Program-made: the position numbers and the translations under genes
Source: Dromaius novaehollandiae
Taxonomy: Eukaryota
Length of the DNA: 64,000 bases
Assembly: GCF_036370855.1 (NCBI RefSeq)
Contig: NC_088128.1
Span: 292,899-356,898, forward strand
Direction of reading: 5' to 3'
Shown here: positions 60,201-64,000 of the stretch, one piece after another
How the letters are laid out: the number at the start of each line of letters is the position of its first letter
Numbering within the stretch: position 1 is the first letter of the stretch
The notes under the pieces: model-generated
Databases searched by the model: none
What the model saw: only the letters and a program-made list of their open reading frames with translations
Told to the model about the DNA's origin: nothing

Positions 60201-61460
60201 GTGCCTCACCAGTGGACTCATCAGCGGCGAGGATGCCCTTGCCGGGGGCGACGATGCGCAGGGCGACGGCGGCGAGCTCCCCCAGTGCCTCCCAGTGCCT
60301 CCCAGTGCCCTCTAAACCCCTCCCAGTGCCCTCCAAACCCCTCCCAGTCCCCTCCCAGTGCCCTCCCAGTGCTCCCAGTGCCTCACCAGTGGACTCATCG
60401 GCGGCGAGGATGCCCTTGCCGGGGGCGACGATGCGCAGGGCGATGTCGGCGAGCTCCCCCAGTGCCTCCCAGTGCCTCCCAGTGCCCCCCAAACCCCTCC
60501 CAGTGCCCCCCAAACCCCTCCCAGTCCCCTCCCAGTGCCTCCCAGTGCTCCCAGTGCCTCACCAGTGGACTCATCGGCGGCGAGGATGCCCTTGCCGGGG
60601 GCGACGATGCGCAGGGCGATGTCGGCGAGCTCCCCCAGTGCCTCCCAGTGCCCTCTAAACCCCTCCCAGTGCCCCCCAAACCCCTCCCAGTCCCCTCCCA
60701 GTGCCTCCCAGTGCTCCCAGTGCCTCACCAGTGGACTCATCGGCGGCGAGGATGCCCTTGCCGGGGGCGACGATGCGCAGGGCGATGTCGGCGAGCTCCC
60801 CCAGTGCCTCCCAGTGCCTCCCAATGCCCCCCAAACCCCTCCCAGTGCCCCCCAAACCCCTCCCAGTGCCTCCCAGTGCTCCCAGTGCCTCACCAGTGGA
60901 CTCATCGGCGGCGAGGATGCCCTTGCCGGGGGCGACGATGCGCAGGGCGATGTCGGCGAGCTCCCCCAGTGCCTCCCAGTGCCTCCCAGTGCCCTCTAAA
61001 CCCCTCCCAGTGCCCCCCAAACCCCTCCCAGTGCCCTCCAAACCCCTCCCAGTGCCCCCCAAACCCCTCCCAGTCCCCTCCCAGTGCCTCCCAGTGCTCC
61101 CAGTGCCTCACCAGTGGACTCATCGGCGGCGAGGATGCCCTTGCCGGGGGCGACGATGCGCAGGGCGATGTCAGCGAGCTTCCCCAGTGCCTCCCAGTGC
61201 CTCCCAGTGCCCCCCAAACCCCTCCCAGTGCCCCCAAACCCCTCCCAGTGCCCTCCAAACCCCTCCCAGTGCCCTCCCAGTGCTCCCAGTGCCTCACCAG
61301 TGGACTCATCGGCGGCGAGGATGCCCTTGCCGGGGGCGACGATGCGCAGGGCGATGTCGGCGAGCTCCCCCAGTGCCTCCCAGTGCCTCCCAATGCCCCC
61401 CAAACCCCTCCCAGTGCCCCCCAAACCCCTCCCAGTGCCTCCCAGTGCTCCCAGTGCCTC
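60200..61460. repeat. ALDOA: Tandem array of about 165-217 bp holding seven truncated copies of the 3' end of the ALDOA first coding exon, each with an intact 5' splice site
   Basis: Copies lie at about 60204, 60381, 60558, 60723, 60888, 61105 and 61292. In each copy the minus strand reads [24 protein letters not shown]|gtgaggc, with minor variants in copies 1 and 6. The ATG and acceptor are absent, and ccagtgcctccc 12-mers flank each copy. Confidence 0.85.
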
Positions 61461-61462
61461 AC

Positions 61463-61582
61463 CAGTGGACTCATCGGCGGCGAGGATGCCCTTGCCGGGG
61501 GCGACGATGCGCAGGGCGATGTCGGCGAGCTCCTTCTTCTGCTCGGGGCTCAGCGCCGGGTACTGGTGCGGCATGGCGGCTC
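61463..61582 (-). CDS. ALDOA: ALDOA first coding exon (ATG at 61574..61572)
   Basis: Translation is [37 protein letters not shown](G). Human ALDOA has [38 protein letters not shown]. Acceptor is cccccgcag at 61583 and donor is G|gtgaggc at 61462. Confidence 0.9.
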
Positions 61583-61584
61583 CT

Positions 61585-62340
61585 GCGGGGGCCCAGGCGT
61601 CCGGGGAATCGCCCTCGTCCCCCCCCCCCCGAACCAACCCCGTGGGCCCAGGCGTCCGGGCAACACCTCCCCCCCCCCCTTTCTGGGGCCCAGGCGTCCG
61701 GGAAGAGGGGGTAAAGGGGCCCAGGTGTCCGGGGGGGGCGAAAGGGGCCCAGGCGTCCGGGAAGGGGGGGTAAATGGGCCCAGGCGTCCGGGGAAGGGAG
61801 GGGGGAGATGGGCCCAGGCGTCCGGGGAAGGGAGGGGGGAGATGGGCCCAGGCGTCCGGGCAAGGGAGGGGGGAGATGGGCCCAGGCGTCCGGGCAAGGG
61901 AGGGGAGACAGGATGGGCCCAGGCGTCCGGGGAAGGGAGGGGGGACAGGATGGGCCCAGGCGTCCGGGGTGGGGAAGGGGGGGGGGGCGGGGAAGGGCCC
62001 AGGCGTCCGGGTTGGGGAAGTCACCCTGGCCGGGGAAGGGGCCCAGGCGTCCGGGCCGGGCTCGGGGTGCGGTCAAGGGCGGAGAGCGAGGGCGGGACCC
62101 AGGCGTCCGGGTGGGGGGGGGGGGGGCGAGAAAGGGCCCAGGCGTCCGGGGAGGGACCCAGGCGTCCGGGTGGGGGGGGCAAGAAAGGGCCCAGGCGTCC
62201 GGGGAGGGACCCAGGCGTCCGGGTTGGGGGGGCGGGGGGGGAGGCGGAAGGGGCCCAGGCGTCCGGCAGGGAGCCCCAAGGGCGTCTCAAGGGCAGCGAG
62301 AAGGGCCCAGGCGTCCGGGCAGGGCTCCCTTCCCCCCCCT
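61585..62340. repeat. Array based on gggcccaggcgtccgg(g/a)gaagggagggggga, the reverse complement of the CCGGACGCCTGGGCCC family
   Basis: gggcccaggcgtccgg occurs about 20 times. It is the inverse-oriented copy of the arrays at 43425 and 47625. Confidence 0.85.
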
Positions 62341-63830
62341 CCCCCAATGGGGCGGAGCGGGACCCCCCCAAAACTGCCCCCCCCAACCCCAAAATCTCCC
62401 CCCCCGGCCCCAAATCTGCCCCCCCCGGCCCCCAAATCGGCCTTTTCAGCCCCAAATCTGGCCCCCGCCCTAAAATCTGCCTTTTTAGCCCCGAATCTGC
62501 CCCCAAGTCCTAAAATCCACCTTTTTAGCCCCAAATCTGCTCCTCTGGACCCCAAATGCACCTTTTCAGCCCCAAATCTGCCCCCAAATCCTAAAATCCA
62601 TCTTTTCAGCCCCAAATCTGCTTCTCTGGACCCCAAATCCACCTTTTTAGCCCCAAATCTGCCTCCAAATCCTAAAATCCACCTTTTTAGCCCCAAATCT
62701 GCTCCTCTGGACCCCAAATCCACCTTTTTAGCCCCAAATCTGCCCCCAGAATCCCGCATCTGTTCCCTCAGCCCCAAAATCTACCTTTTTAAGCCCAAAT
62801 CTGCCCCCAGAGTCCCAAATCCTCCTCCGCAGCCCTGAAATCTGCCTTTTTAGCCCCAAATCTGCCCCCAAAGTCCCCAATCCACCTCTTCAGCCCCAAA
62901 TCTGCCCCCCAGCCCCAAAATCTGCCTTTTTAGGCCCAAATCTGTGCCTGGAGTCCCCTATCTGCCCTCCCAGCCCTAAAATCTGCCTTTTTAGGCCCAA
63001 ATCTGGACTCCGCCCCAAAATCTGCCTTTTTAGCCCCAAACCTGCCCCCCAGCCCCAAAATCTGCCTTTTTCGCCCCAAATCTTCCCCCCAACCCCCAAA
63101 TCTACCTTTGCAGCCCCAAACCTGCCCCCCCGGCCCCAAAATCCGCCTTTTTCGCCCCAAATCTTCCCCCTAGCCCCAAAATCTACCTTTGCAGCCCCAA
63201 ACCTGCCCCCCAGCCCCAAAATCCGCCTTTTTCGCCCCAAATCTTCCCCCTAGCCCCCAAATCTACCTTTGCAGCCCCAAACCTGCCCCCCAGCCCCAAA
63301 ATCCACCTTTTTCGCCCCAAATCTGCCCCCTAGCCCCCAAATCTACCTTTGCAGCCCCAAACCTGCCCCCCCAGCCCCAAAATCCGCCTTTTTCGCCCCA
63401 AACCTGCCCCCCCAGCCCCCAAATCTACCTTTGCAGCCCCAAACCTGCCCCCCCAGCCCCAAAATCCGCCTTTTTCGCCCCAAACCTGCCCCCCCAGCCC
63501 TCAAATCTACCTTTGCAGCCCCAAACCTGCCCCCCCGGACCCAAAATCCGCCTTTTTCGCCCCAAATCTTCCCCCTAGGCCCAAATCTACCTTTGCAGAC
63601 CCAAACCTGCCCCCCCGGCCCCAAAATCCGCCTTTTTCGCCCCAAATCTTCCCCCTAGCCCCCAAATCTACCTTTGCAGCCCCAAACCTGCCCCCCCAGC
63701 CCCAAAATCCGCCTTTTTCGCCCCAAATCTTCCCTCTAGCCCCCAAATCTACCTTTGCAGCCCCAAACCTGCCCCCCCGGCCCCAAAATCCGCCTTTTTC
63801 GCCCCAAACCTGCCGCCCCCCCCGCGCCCC
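62340..63830. repeat. Array with a unit of about 80 bp (ccccaaatctgccttttagccccaaatctgcccccaaatcctaaaatccacctttttagcc)
   Basis: ccccaaa(a)tc(t/c)(g/a)cc is repeated many times. The array is C-rich on the plus strand. Confidence 0.85.
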
Positions 63831-63832
63831 AC

Positions 63833-63915
63833 CTGGTCTCGCGCCGGGGCTGCAGCGAGCGCGCGGGGCGGGGCGGGGGGGGGGGAGGCCGTGACGTCAG
63901 AGCGCGCGGGCGGAA
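63833..63915 (-). other. ALDOA: Putative ALDOA non-coding exon 1; the 5' end is uncertain
   Basis: A minus-strand donor GAGACCAG|gtggggcg lies at 63833/63832. It pairs with the acceptor at 61583 across an array-filled intron. Confidence 0.4.
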
Positions 63916-64000
63916 GCGGCGGGAGGGGGCGGGGGGGCGCTTAAAGGGGCCGCGGCGCCGAGCGCTGAGTCACCGGGCGGGGGGGGGGGATTTGGGGTGC
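63835..64000 (-). promoter_or_regulatory. ALDOA: Candidate ALDOA promoter region
   Basis: A CRE ccgtgacgtcag lies at 63889-63900. GC boxes are present. A TTAAAG-type box sits inside gcttaaaggggccgcg at 63938-63953. An AP-1-like ctgagtcacc lies at 63965-63974. The window ends at 64000. Confidence 0.4.

Overview
This is an extremely GC-rich eukaryotic window, probably from a bird or other sauropsid GC-rich microchromosome region. I infer the taxon from the architecture, not from any search. Three conserved protein-coding genes lie on the minus strand, in order from high to low coordinate. ALDOA (fructose-bisphosphate aldolase A) is complete: 8 coding exons, an upstream non-coding exon, a 364-aa product, a polyA signal at 48904-48909, and a TSS region at the window's end. 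PPP4C (protein phosphatase 4 catalytic subunit) has its complete CDS in 8 coding exons from 45657 down to 37336. SRCAP (Snf2-related CREBBP activator protein) is present from a 5'UTR exon and start codon through the HSA domain, the acidic linker and the SNF2 ATPase N- and C-lobes. It leaves the window at position 1 with its 3' half missing. The order and orientation ALDOA > PPP4C > SRCAP match human 16p11.2. In human, PPP4C and SRCAP are separated by roughly 0.6 Mb of genes (TBX6, YPEL3, MAPK3, CORO1A and others). Here they are only about 5.5 kb apart. Nearly every intron and intergenic spacer is filled by its own tandem minisatellite array, with units of about 11 to 240 bp. I list about 35 arrays. 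A few are related families shared between loci, and a few segments (for example 251..1400) hold two sub-arrays. Unique sequence is essentially limited to exons and a handful of CpG-island or promoter-like islands. The supplied ORF track is dominated by artefactual, stop-free ORFs inside these arrays, and it uses non-ATG starts (TTG, GTG). Only the ORFs overlapping the exons listed below are real. All exon coordinates were derived by hand from translation plus splice-site inspection and should be read as +/-2 nt.
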